DNA of 64,000 nt from Minutocellus sp. GHC0000111 (taxonomy: Eukaryota). Shown here one piece after another: positions 1 to 10,341 of the stretch. How positions within the stretch are numbered: position 1 is the stretch's first letter; each line of letters starts with the position of its first letter. Below the pieces are notes generated by a model. That model did not search any database and had not been told where the DNA came from. It was given only the letters and a program-made list of their open reading frames with translations. The translations under genes and the position numbers were made by a program. The DNA lies in assembly GCA_977018835.1 (NCBI GenBank), contig OZ361256.1:1426001-1490000 (forward strand), written 5' to 3'.

Positions 1-746
1 CCTTTCGGCGTAGCACCGGAACCCTTCCCGCGACTTTGTCCACCGCCGTGTTGCCGAGCAGGAACACCAAAAGTTGACATCCACCTCCAGCTCCCGCCAA
101 GATTCCCGAGGATTTCGCATCAGAGCATCAACAACAACATCTCGAATGTATGGCTGCATAGCCAGATGAGATCTCCTCTTCATCTCCCACATCGCCTTCT
201 CAGATGCAGGTAGAGCACCACACGCCTTCATCCACATCCCGAAAATCGTGTGCACCATGCTCTGCGCTGCTGGACAGCACCGAACACTCCACCTTTGCCT
301 GCTCCCTGCACTTGGCAATTGCAAAGAGACATGGTGCAGCACACCGCCGGGTCGCCGTTGCAAGATCGTCGATGACAGAACGGAAGGCGGCCGAATCAGA
401 TGAATCATCGGCACTCGTTGGGAAGCAGCATGCCGGTCCAAGTGCGACGAACGCGTCCATTTGATTAGAGCGGCTGAAATCTAAAGTCTTATCCGAATTA
501 TTGTTTCACATGAAGATAAATCAAAATTAGAGTAAAAATAGCCATTGACTATTCTTCGAGGCGCTTTTCAATCCCCTCGAAAGCAGTCAAAAACCGGGCG
601 CTCGATTTCTCGCGAATCTGACCTCGTAGTTTTGGCTCTCGCTGCACATGTGGCTGGGTTCGCTCGAGCGATGCGAACCTTTTTATTTTGCCATCCCTGG
701 AAATTTGCCATTTCAGATGCAATTTCAGCCCACCGGGACCTCAGTG
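1..746 (-). mobile_element. Possible end of a decayed DNA transposon, with a Cys-rich degenerate ORF running off the window start
   Basis: ORF 460-200 has no Tyr and many Cys (ACCFP, APCLF, AKCRE). A second frame stays open to position 1. Only one RTAY tetramer was seen in 1-460. A CACTG-type terminus reads inward from 746 on the minus strand; its partner end is outside the window. Confidence 0.25.
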
Positions 747-896
747 AGCAGTACTACTACTCCAACTCCGACCGACGACGAATACGATTCTCGTCTGTAT
801 TACCAATTGGTAGCTTGCCTACTAGCTAGACTCTAGTAGAGCTAGCAGTAGTAGTCATTCGCCAGCGAAATCAAAACCATCACTACACGCCGCAAC

Positions 897-1265
897 ATGC
901 CGCTTGCAACCATCGAAGAGCGGCTGCCGCATGCAGGTGCATTCGCCTACGGAAGCATCGACGAGCCATTTTCGGAACGAAGATATCATTCCTACCACGT
1001 CGCTCCGTCGAGCTTCCTAACCGAGGACAGTATCGATGAGTATAATGCAAACGCAAATCGTCGGTGCGGCCCAGTAGGAAAATCTGTGGGGCTGGTGCTA
1101 GCTATGGCCCTGACACTTTTCGCACTTTGGGGTCGCGAGCATACCACTAGATCACCATTCAATGGAAATGAAAGTAGAGAGCTCATTATAACACGGCACG
1201 CCACAAAATTTCAACTCCATAAAAATACTATTGTCCATTTGCGACGTAGATATCGGCAAAAATAG
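897..1265 (+). CDS. Short ORF resembling the N-terminus of a type II membrane protein, possibly a truncated gene
   Basis: Good start context (caacATG) and a hydrophobic stretch VGLVLAMALTLFALW. No recognisable domain. Confidence 0.25.
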   Translation: MPLATIEERLPHAGAFAYGSIDEPFSERRYHSYHVAPSSFLTEDSIDEYNANANRRCGPVGKSVGLVLAMALTLFALWGREHTTRSPFNGNESRELIITRHATKFQLHKNTIVHLRRRYRQK

Positions 1266-1389
1266 GCAACGCGAGTACAAGAATGACTGTATCATAGTAC
1301 ACAAACATTTCCATTGTTGTAAGTGATGGAGAAAGATGTAGAACTCTCATTCATGGCACATGCATGCATATCACGATATTTAGCTTATA

Positions 1390-3006
1390 TTAGTCCAAAT
1401 CGAGAACGTCTTCATCATCGTCCCCATCATCCATATCCACGAACTCTTCTTCCCCATCATCAAAGTCGATGTCCTCGTCGTCTCCCTCGCCGACTGGCTC
1501 GCCCTCGTCGGCAAAATCTTCCTCACCGCCAACATTCCATTTAGCAGCCTCCTCCTCCATTCTAGCTCTTCTCTTTCTCTCCATCCCTGCAATTTCCTCG
1601 GGAGTCTTGGGTTTAAGATTGTTCTTCTTCATGTGCTCCTGACGCCTCCTTTTACGCTCAGCCCTACGTCCCTCCTTGCTGCCATCGTTCTCGGCAAACA
1701 TACCTGGCGGCGTCTGTTCAGCCTGCTTCTTCTTGCGAGCCTTGTCCTTCTGTCCACGGATTCGCTCTCTCTTCTTGCGCTCAGCTTCTTCCAATTTCTT
1801 CGTTCTGGTCTTGATACTGGGAAGCATGGGCAACTTTGTCGGCTTGCTCGAACCAGATTGGGCCTTCTTGATCAGTGTATTGATCGCCCCGTACGAGATG
1901 GAAGGATCCTCGAGGGGCAGGATGGACGTTACGAGGCGTCCTTTTCCCTCAGCATCCTTGTCCTTGTCACTGACCTCGAGCCCACCACTGACCTTTTTAA
2001 AGAGAACGAAGCGATGCTGACCACTTTCGTATTCGGGCAAGTATTCCTCCAGATTCGCAAGAAGCAAAAGAGTCGTATCAACACTAGCGAACTGAATGTC
2101 TGGATAGGCACCGAGAAGGTTAGAGACGGCGTCCTTGACGTACGGTTCTGGCTTGCCACCCTTGAGCAAAAGTCCAAACATGGATTTGTTGAGACATTTG
2201 GATTTGAGATCCTTAGTGTTTTCGATCTTGGCAGCATGAGGCTCCAACATTCCCTTCAACAGTTTCGTTAGCATGGCGCCAGTCTTTAGGTGCTTCTGAG
2301 GAATCTGCTTCGGTGGTCCGACCTTGCCCGAAACAAAGATGGTCGGCCGCTTCTTCAGATCCAACTTGAACCTTTCGGCAACTGTGTTGCCCGAGGGCAG
2401 CTTATGCTGACAATCCAACAGAACAAACTCGGCATTGCTGCTCGCAGACCCATACTCGTACTGCGCATCGAGGAAAACGGACGAGACCGGCGGCTGCTTT
2501 TGCGTATCGGCCTTGATTGTGGAACAAAGCACAACGTAGTTCTTCCCCTGGCCTTCGCCGAAGAAGGTTTCCCGTAGTGCAAGCTCATCAGTAACATCGA
2601 CGCGAGGAATCTACGCATTTGTATGGTTTGCATCGGACCAAGTTGAAGTTGGGCGATGCCAAAGTTGAGATTGCGATAGTTCAAGATTTAGTGTCAGTAT
2701 GCGATGGCGGAAAAATAAATAATATGAATAAGAATACAGTCATTAATGAAAGGGATTGTGCCTCTTCCACAACAAAACATTCGAATGAACAGCATATTCT
2801 CAACTACTTCATGTAGTAGACCATCTTGACTTCACAGAAAAAAGAGTGATAGTTTGGACTGCACAGGGCCGAATGCTCACCTCGGTCTGGATGCCCTGGA
2901 GGAAATAATATCCTGCCAGAGCCACTGCAACGCCCACTGCGGGCTTGATTAGGCCCATCAGGGGAAGTCCATCACTGGACGACGACTTGCTCTTGTTCTT
3001 TCCCAT
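1390..3006 (-). CDS. Two-exon hypothetical membrane-anchored protein (~448 aa) with a basic coiled coil and an acidic C-terminus
   Basis: Exon 1 is 3006-2881 (MGKNKSK...TM...QTE), followed by a GTGAG donor. The intron is 2880-2611 and ends in TAG. Exon 2 (2610-1390) joins in phase 0 (IPRVDVTDELALRETFFGEG...). Confidence 0.8.
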
Positions 3007-3847
3007 CGTTACTTTGCCTTCAATCAACGCCAACGATCAAGCACATCAGCACTCGGGTCCACGTGAAGGCGTGAAGGCGCTTCGATCGTCACTTTCAAGA
3101 CATACTCGACTGATATGATGACCAAAGCATTACGTCACAGAATCTAAATAGGTTATGGGTCGAGGATGTCAGCGTGAATTTTAGTACAGCGATAACGCAC
3201 GTTCAAGTCGTCCTTTTGGAAGTCAAGGTACGACAACGATGGCGGTCTTGAGGTTGGTGCCGGTGGTATCGATGCGTTACATACTGGAACGAATGGAAAT
3301 TGGGTTTGCGCTGCCAGCTGTGGTGGTTTGGGTGTACCGGCGCGGCAATTGTCGCCGTCGGCGTCGATCGACGACTGGTCCCAACAGGTTCTGAGCCCTA
3401 CCCACGCAGGGAGGGGTGCCTGCTCTGGTGACTATTGCCTGGTGACTATTGCGGGATTTTGGGGTGATACATCATCAGTAGATACTGCTGAACCTGCAGA
3501 CCTTTCCGACGGTACGGTGCATCTTGCACTTGATGTGCTCTGGTTCAGGTTCTTTCGAGCAGGAACGAACGTATCCCGACAAAAGGGCCTGATCCTGTCT
3601 GTAGCACGTATCGTCGTCCTGATGGGGATAGCGTGACCACGATATCGCACAGTGTTAGCCGTCGGCAGTCGATTTTAGCAGCGCCAGAAATACATTCGTT
3701 ACACGAGTTCCTTGACAGTCATTTTTATTTTCGAAGCAAAGCATATTTCGCGATTCGTCGCTTCACAAATCCCCCGGACAATATTTTCTTACGATGTCTG
3801 CTTTCTTTTTTTCAACCCTCATCTTCTCGTCAAACAGATTTGAATAA

Positions 3848-4246
<399 letters not shown>

Positions 4247-4479
4247 ACTAGTTGCCCGATTATTTGGGTTGGGGTGGTTTGTTGCGATAGATGTCGATTG
4301 CTTTTGAACCTTGGCCATCCACTATCGAGAGCTACTTTACTTGAGTAACAATAGAAAAAATTGTATACAGTTGGAAATTATACGGTGTACTAAACATACA
4401 TGTACGAAGAAATACAAGCCTCGTCTCGTCGACTGGTATTGAGTAACTTTATTGGTATATGGTTATTACCACTGAAAGA

Positions 4480-5391
4480 TTACACTATTCCCTCGCTTGC
4501 AGCTCTCGCCCTGGCCTCTTGCCCTGTTCTCTGAATGTTATCTCGTAATCTGTTGAAGTCGTCGGGATCGAGAGATGCATCATTGTAATATCCCTGATCG
4601 GCCTCGTCCGAGATGATATTGCGAAGAGTTACGTCAAACACAACATTGCCACCCTTCACCTCGACCATTTGGTCCAGAAGTTTGTTGAGCTTGTTGCGGC
4701 CAAAGGGTGACACAGGAACCGGCCCCAGACCACCGGCAACATATCCAAGCTTCGCTGGAAGGATGAGACGACGCTTACCACCAACCGTCATGGTATGAAT
4801 GCCCTCATCTAGCCCTGGAACAGTCCTACCGTTGCCATGCTTGATTAAATATGCCGAGGAGGAATCAAACTCCTGCAATTTCTGCGGCTGTCCTTTGATA
4901 TCGGGAAGTTTGACGTACGCTTTGTAGGCGATTGAGACCAACTGGCCGTATTGAGGGGATTTTGCGCCGGGCTTTCCCTCGGCTATTTCAATATACTTTA
5001 GGCCTGAATTCGTCTTGTACATGGTGACACCACCGCCTACATCGCTTGAGGTAGTGCTCTTGGTAGCAGGTGCATCAGATATGGTGGGTGTGGCTACACC
5101 TTCGATATCGGCATTGGCTGGTTGAAGAAACGGCGACAGAGCACCACCCCCAACAACTACCGCAGTCCCAGCCACGGACCTCACTAAATATCTTCGACTG
5201 ATAGATTTTTCCGAACCACTGCCCTCGATTTCTCTTGTAACTTTCGCCGCGAGTGTTGTAGTTGATCCTCTACATGAGGTTGAAGTTGCTTGTTTGGTGA
5301 CGAAGGCCTGGCATGGGCAGATAATCATCGTAGCGATGACGAAGCCGATCAGTGCCACATTTGCGACACCATAACCACTGGATATTTTCAT
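4480..5391 (-). CDS. FKBP-type peptidyl-prolyl isomerase, plastid (thylakoid lumen) targeted
   Basis: FKBP motifs SGLKYIEIAEG, PGLDEGIHTMTVGGKRRLILPAKLGY and VVFDVTL. Signal peptide ends at CQA|F, followed by twin-Arg SRRYLVR, a hydrophobic stretch and an ANA cleavage site. Confidence 0.9.
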   Translation of the reverse strand: MKISSGYGVANVALIGFVIATMIICPCQAFVTKQATSTSCRGSTTTLAAKVTREIEGSGSEKSISRRYLVRSVAGTAVVVGGGALSPFLQPANADIEGVATPTISDAPATKSTTSSDVGGGVTMYKTNSGLKYIEIAEGKPGAKSPQYGQLVSIAYKAYVKLPDIKGQPQKLQEFDSSSAYLIKHGNGRTVPGLDEGIHTMTVGGKRRLILPAKLGYVAGGLGPVPVSPFGRNKLNKLLDQMVEVKGGNVVFDVTLRNIISDEADQGYYNDASLDPDDFNRLRDNIQRTGQEARARAASEGIV

Positions 5392-6092
5392 CCTTTCGCT
5401 GTATTCGCAAACGCTCCTGGAATACTTTAGATGGGGGAAACGGTGCATACAACGTGCTCCCTTCCCTCTCGCGATTGATATTGTGCGTCATCATCGTCGG
5501 GGCGGGGGCGCTGCTGGGGTGCAAAGTATACTTGGAAAGATTCGGGGTTTAGTAAATCGATTTTGATGAATGGCTTGGGCGGCTGGGGGAAGACAAGCGA
5601 GATGCCGGTACATGTAGGCAACAATCTAAAGGTGCCCTGATAATCACGGTACCGGTACATGTCGTAGATCTATTGCTAGTTAAATTTTAAACAGACATAG
5701 CAATGTAGATCTAGATCGAGACTCTAGCTAGCTTGATCTACTCAGCACAAGTCAGGATCAGCGCATGTTTCTCTCTACTTCTCATCCGCGCCCTTCTTCG
5801 CGTGCTCGAACACAGAGGTTGATTGTTTTGATTTATATTTTCTCACACAATAGCATGCCAATCAAGCTGAAACTTTCGCATGCGTAGCGCAATGGTATCG
5901 GCCAGCCTCGGGAATGCCCATGTCTTACCTTGCAAATGTGTAGCGGCCAGGAGCGGGGGTCACCATGATGAGCTTCGTTCGGGAGAAAAAATGGACGGAC
6001 GTCGGTCTTTCCGTCGTCCGACAACGCGAGCGAAGTTAGCAAAATCTCCAATGTCCTGAAGTGCCTCACCTAAAATGGGACCAACTCAAGCC

Positions 6093-6550
6093 ATGTGCCC
6101 AGCTGCTTCCAAACTGATTTGGTGTGCAAAAACTGCTCTCCACCCAAACTAGTTAATTTGGCTTGTGAAAACTACATCTGGTCCAGCCAAACCAACTTGA
6201 CGTGTCATGTTGCCCAGCTCCTTCCAAACTAGTTTGGCGTTAAAAAAGCAATTTTGTGTGGCAAAACTAGTTTGACGTGTCATGTTGCCCAGCTCCTTCC
6301 AAACTGCTAACTTGGCGTGTGGAAACTAACTTTGTGCAGCCAAACTAATTTGACAAGCCATTTGTGCAGCCAAACTAATTTGACATGTCATGTTGCCCAT
6401 CTCCTTCCAAACTAGTTTGGCGTGTGGAAACGCGCGTTTGGTGCACAGCCAAACTAATTTGACAAGCCATTGGTGCGGCCAAACAAACAATTTGACAAGC
6501 CATGTTGCCCAGCTGCTTCCAAACTGATTTGGTGTGCAAAAACTGCTCTA
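6093..6550. repeat. Degenerate tandem repeat array
   Basis: Recurring units such as tgttgcccagctccttccaaactagtttggcgt and gcagccaaactaatttgac. The block gcccagctgcttccaaactgatttggtgtgcaaaaactgctct occurs at ~6097 and ~6507. Confidence 0.85.
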
Positions 6551-6589
6551 CAACACGGGCCCCTTGCTCATTGTTGGTGCCAACGTCCA

Positions 6590-6772
6590 CAACTCACTCC
6601 ATGCCCAAGCACCAATCACTTCTTCTTTGTCATCGGCAGGGCGCTCATCAACAAGCATGTCACCATGTTCGTCATCTTTAGGAACATTGCCACCATGTTC
6701 AAGTTCATCTGGCAACAGTGGAACATCGGGCAGTCGACATTTTTCTGCACCCTCTGGTAGCTCAAAACACGG
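6590..6772 (-). mobile_element. Probable Copia pol linker fragment
   Basis: Frame reads ...NVPKDDEHGDMLVDERPADDKEEVIG. From recall, this resembles the acidic integrase-RT linker of diatom Copia elements (EYGDM), with Y replaced by H. Confidence 0.3.
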
Positions 6773-6959
6773 TGACCACTGTCAGTCGCCGACCAGCCGA
6801 CCTTTCCCCTGAAGAGTCTCTGGAACAAATGGGAGATTCGAGCCTGCCAAGTCTCGACGACGCCCATTCTGCACTTTCTGGATGACAACCGACACCCGGC
6901 ACCAGCAGCGGCAGATGATTCTCCGCACGACGACTGCACTCAACAGCATGTTAGTAATT

Positions 6960-7418
6960 AAAGCTATCAAAGGACAGGATCAAAGAAGAAAGAAAGACAG
7001 AACATGAAGAACTGTTGTTCTCGAACAAAGAAGACGTGGCACTAATTGCAACGCATGGGGACCCGGAACTAAGTCCGGCGAGGAAACGAAACAACATCTG
7101 GTAGAAGCGCAAACGCTTGTGCCCAACACCCGAGGATGGGGCCGCAGCAGGCGACCGAACATCACTCCCCTCGACAATGTGGCTGCCATCATGGGCACCA
7201 TCAGCATTCTTAGAATCCGAACACCAGAAAATCAAAGGCTTGAGAAGAGCGAACCATTCCTTGGATGAACGACTCTTGGCAACAAGGACATCAGCGGGAT
7301 TGTCCTTGCCATCAATGTGAGCAAAGTTGATGATGCCAGAGGCCTGGGCTTCTCGGCACATGTGGTAGTTGAGAAGGTGAGAGCGCTTCTGAAGCTTGCC
7401 ACTTGGCATTCTCGTCAC
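6960..7418 (-). mobile_element. Ty1/Copia LTR retrotransposon relic: RNase H C-terminus, polypurine tract and start of the 3' LTR
   Basis: KLQKRSHLLNYHMCREAQASGIINFAHIDGKDNPADVL matches the Copia RNase H end. It is followed by PPT GAGGGGAG (7172-7165) and TG at the presumed LTR start. Confidence 0.8.
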
Positions 7419-7477
7419 GATCCATTAGAAAAGTCTTCCCAAGAACGTCCATGAGGTGATCTGAAATGTCGAACGCA

Positions 7478-7650
7478 CATCAGTGCCTGCCTTGTTCTCG
7501 CCCAGAGATGTGACATGAGGCGGCTCATTGATGGGGAGTTTCGCGGGGTTGCTTCAAAGATTGACGATTGTAGAAGTGTCTGAATGTTTCGTGGAGGTCA
7601 ACGTCTGATTTCCCGGGGTGCTGATTCGAAATAATGCCAATGTTAATGTT
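7478..7650 (-). repeat. Fragment of the long repeat family found at 34.7-42.4 kb
   Basis: gctcattgatgg..gcggggttgct..tgaatgtttcgtggaggtcaacg..ggtgctgattcgaaata aligns with 40185-40300 (same strand) and with the reverse complements of 35230-35390 and 41020-41170. Confidence 0.85.
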
Positions 7651-7652
7651 GA

Positions 7653-7860
7653 TGAGAGGCATGTGTGAGAGGTGTGTGAGAGGCATGTGAGAGAGGCACG
7701 TGAGAGGATTGTGAGAGAGAGGTGAGAGGCAGGCATGCAAGAGGCACGTGAGAGGTGTGTGAGAAGCATGTGAGAGGCATGTGAGAGGCACGTGAGAGGC
7801 GGCATGCGAGAGGCACGTGAGAGGTGTGTGAGTAGAAGCAAGCAGCACGTGAGAGGCACA
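7653..7860. repeat. ~11-13 bp minisatellite (TGAGAGG + CATG/CACG/TGTG)
   Basis: More than 12 units are directly visible. Confidence 0.9.
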
Positions 7861-8348
7861 GAGACACAAAAAAAGGCAGGAACAAAGCAGTTGTGCATGA
7901 AGTTTTGAAGATGGGTTTTTACTAGAGCAGAGGTTCAACTAGATTTGACAAGCTTGATCTCCAAGCTTGATGCAATCGGTGTTTACGTTGGAAGACACGT
8001 GTTGCCAGGTGGGTCTTGGCACGACACAGGTGATGTGTGAGCTCGACGGGAACAGCGAGCGTGTCCATCGACTTGGGAGCTTTGGTGGGGCAACGGGCAC
8101 CGCACTGGTTGCTCTGCAGGTCAATTTTAAGCACGTCCTGTGTCTCCATCCTGCGAACCCCATCCAAATCATCGCAGTTCTCCATGTGATCTGCCTGCCT
8201 TGTGTGGCGTGCTTTTGCACTTGAGCAGCTCGAGTTAGTGCCATTTGTTCTTTTCTAGTGTCTACTGCTCTGGATTACGGCGTTTTCTCTCAGGTTATGA
8301 GCCACGCATCATGTTCTCACGCGGTCCGTCCAATTAATTACGAGCACC

Positions 8349-10106
8349 ATGGGTTGGGTTGAGGAAAAGTTGGCAATTCGAGAGCATCTTAACTCTTATG
8401 GCATTTGCATCTGCCGAAATCATGGGGCGTATTATTTGTCAAAGGCCGGCCAACGTGTGTGCCATTTGGTATCGGCCGATGTCTCGGAGCAGGAAGTCGG
8501 CGCTGTCATCCGACGTCACATTTATGATAAATGTTACCGAAAAAAGAGGCCGCCAAGCGAAACTTTAACGTTTGAGACGCCTGACTTGGGGAGGATTGTC
8601 AAACAAATAATGGTAGACCAATCTTCGGCTGTTTGCGGGCCTATAGGTGATGACAAGAAAGGGACGCTCATGTACTTGTGCGGGTGCGATGGAGTGCAAC
8701 CCAAGAGAAGAGATATGTTCAAGAAGCATATCAAATCAGAGACATATCGAGGCGTTTGCCCTTGCAGTATTTCTGGAAAGTCTGTCGAAGAGAGAGCGGC
8801 GAGTGAGGCTGTTGCACTTGCACTTTGCCGGGTTCGCTGTGTCCGAGCGAGCTGCGGACTTTGGCTTGTCACGTCTCGAAAAGTTCCAGAGCTTTCTACA
8901 CTCCCACGAATAATCGAGAAAGCTGTTCAGTCGGCACTGAAGAAGCGACGCGGTATCAAGTCGAAGGCAATGAATCTATCAAAGAGCGGAGGCACTGGGG
9001 CGGTTGCTAGATCAGATTTGGCTTCTGTTGACGAACACGACCAAGGCAATCAAGAAGATGATACATCAGAACATGTACCGGAGGACGAACCTGAAATTGC
9101 TGGCGAAGCTGCGGAGGCGGACATTGAAGGAGAAACGAATCCCGCAGACTTTGGAACGAATCCACCGAAACCAACCATCCTTTTATTTGGATATCACCAC
9201 AGGAAGGAAGAGAACGAAGCCAACCTATCCTATGACAACCTTCTTCGTGAAGCCAGGTCTTGCAAGGCGGAGCTGCCTGGGGCGATCAGGGACAAAGCTC
9301 GGATAGTGCGGGTGAGGGAGCTTGGCTTCGATACTTTCTCCGTTTCTATAGGTAATATGGGCGAAAATGACGAGAAGCATCATTACCACGGAGACTTCTG
9401 CACTCGTTCCATCGTCTCAGAATTGAAGGCTGAGCTGAAGCGTTGCGGGAAATTATCTCCTGTCCAAGTATGTATTGATTGTGAGTACACGCATAAGAGG
9501 AAGTTGTTGATATTGCTGAGTACACGTAACATATTGTTTCCCACAATCTGCTCATACTCATTTCGCCTTCGTACTCCACTGCCATTTCATCCAGGGTTCT
9601 TCTGTCCAAGTGGATGGGACACTGAGAAGTTCCTCAGGCCGAAATTCTTTACTCATACTTTGCCGGAAATTGCAAGCATACTGAGTACTGAACCCGTCCC
9701 TGGACGGCAAGGTCAACGATTGTCAAATCGGCGAAGAAAAGAGGCCACCATTCCATCGGGCGTCGTATTCATCCCCTTTACTCGTAGGATTGTCGCGGAG
9801 CTCTTCAAAGTGAGGGCTGCTTTGGAAAAAATCTATGAGATATCATTCATTGATCGCGAGCAGCTTTTGATTGAGCATCCCATGTTTGCTGCTACCGCTT
9901 CTATTCCAGATGAAGAAATGGAAGCTTTCCAGAAAAGGCCACGGCCAGAAGATAGATACGCGAAGGAGATATTTGATGCCGTTCAAACCAACAGGATGGA
10001 TGGAGCGGCGACCAATATAGATGGGGCAAGTTTGAAAGATTATGTAATGGGGAATTGTCCAGAAAGCACGCGGCCGCGGATGATAAAGTTGGCAGTCAAG
10101 AGATAA
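8349..10106 (+). CDS. Hypothetical protein with Cys/His-rich N-terminus, acidic linker and a C-terminal alpha/beta domain that may be methyltransferase-like
   Basis: Long ORF containing an in-frame, stop-free intron at 9481-9594 (GTGAGT...CCAG). Splicing gives QVCIDWFFCPSGW. Confidence 0.7.
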   Translation: MGWVEEKLAIREHLNSYGICICRNHGAYYLSKAGQRVCHLVSADVSEQEVGAVIRRHIYDKCYRKKRPPSETLTFETPDLGRIVKQIMVDQSSAVCGPIGDDKKGTLMYLCGCDGVQPKRRDMFKKHIKSETYRGVCPCSISGKSVEERAASEAVALALCRVRCVRASCGLWLVTSRKVPELSTLPRIIEKAVQSALKKRRGIKSKAMNLSKSGGTGAVARSDLASVDEHDQGNQEDDTSEHVPEDEPEIAGEAAEADIEGETNPADFGTNPPKPTILLFGYHHRKEENEANLSYDNLLREARSCKAELPGAIRDKARIVRVRELGFDTFSVSIGNMGENDEKHHYHGDFCTRSIVSELKAELKRCGKLSPVQVCIDCEYTHKRKLLILLSTRNILFPTICSYSFRLRTPLPFHPGFFCPSGWDTEKFLRPKFFTHTLPEIASILSTEPVPGRQGQRLSNRRRKEATIPSGVVFIPFTRRIVAELFKVRAALEKIYEISFIDREQLLIEHPMFAATASIPDEEMEAFQKRPRPEDRYAKEIFDAVQTNRMDGAATNIDGASLKDYVMGNCPESTRPRMIKLAVKR

Positions 10107-10341
10107 ACAAATTCACGTATGTGGAGATTTGAATCCTACGTACATAATTTACAATATTCTCATATGTATTGAATTAGCACAAGCGTAATAGTATTGTGAT
10201 TGCTCATCACTAGTGTTTAACAAATCAGATCGATACGACCGATGGATAGCGAAGCGCTGTCCTTTAGCAGAAAAGTGCTTGAAGATTATGTAAAAAGCAA
10301 ACGCTACATGCCCTCCGCATTTTCGTCTGTATGCAGAGCAA

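Noticed and set aside
6093..6550. CRISPR-like array
   Set aside because: Units are degenerate and contiguous with no unique spacers, there are no cas genes, and the context is eukaryotic.
7525..7938. His/Cys/Leu-rich ORFs in three frames
   Set aside because: They are translations of the minisatellite, kept open by the scarcity of TA-containing stop codons.
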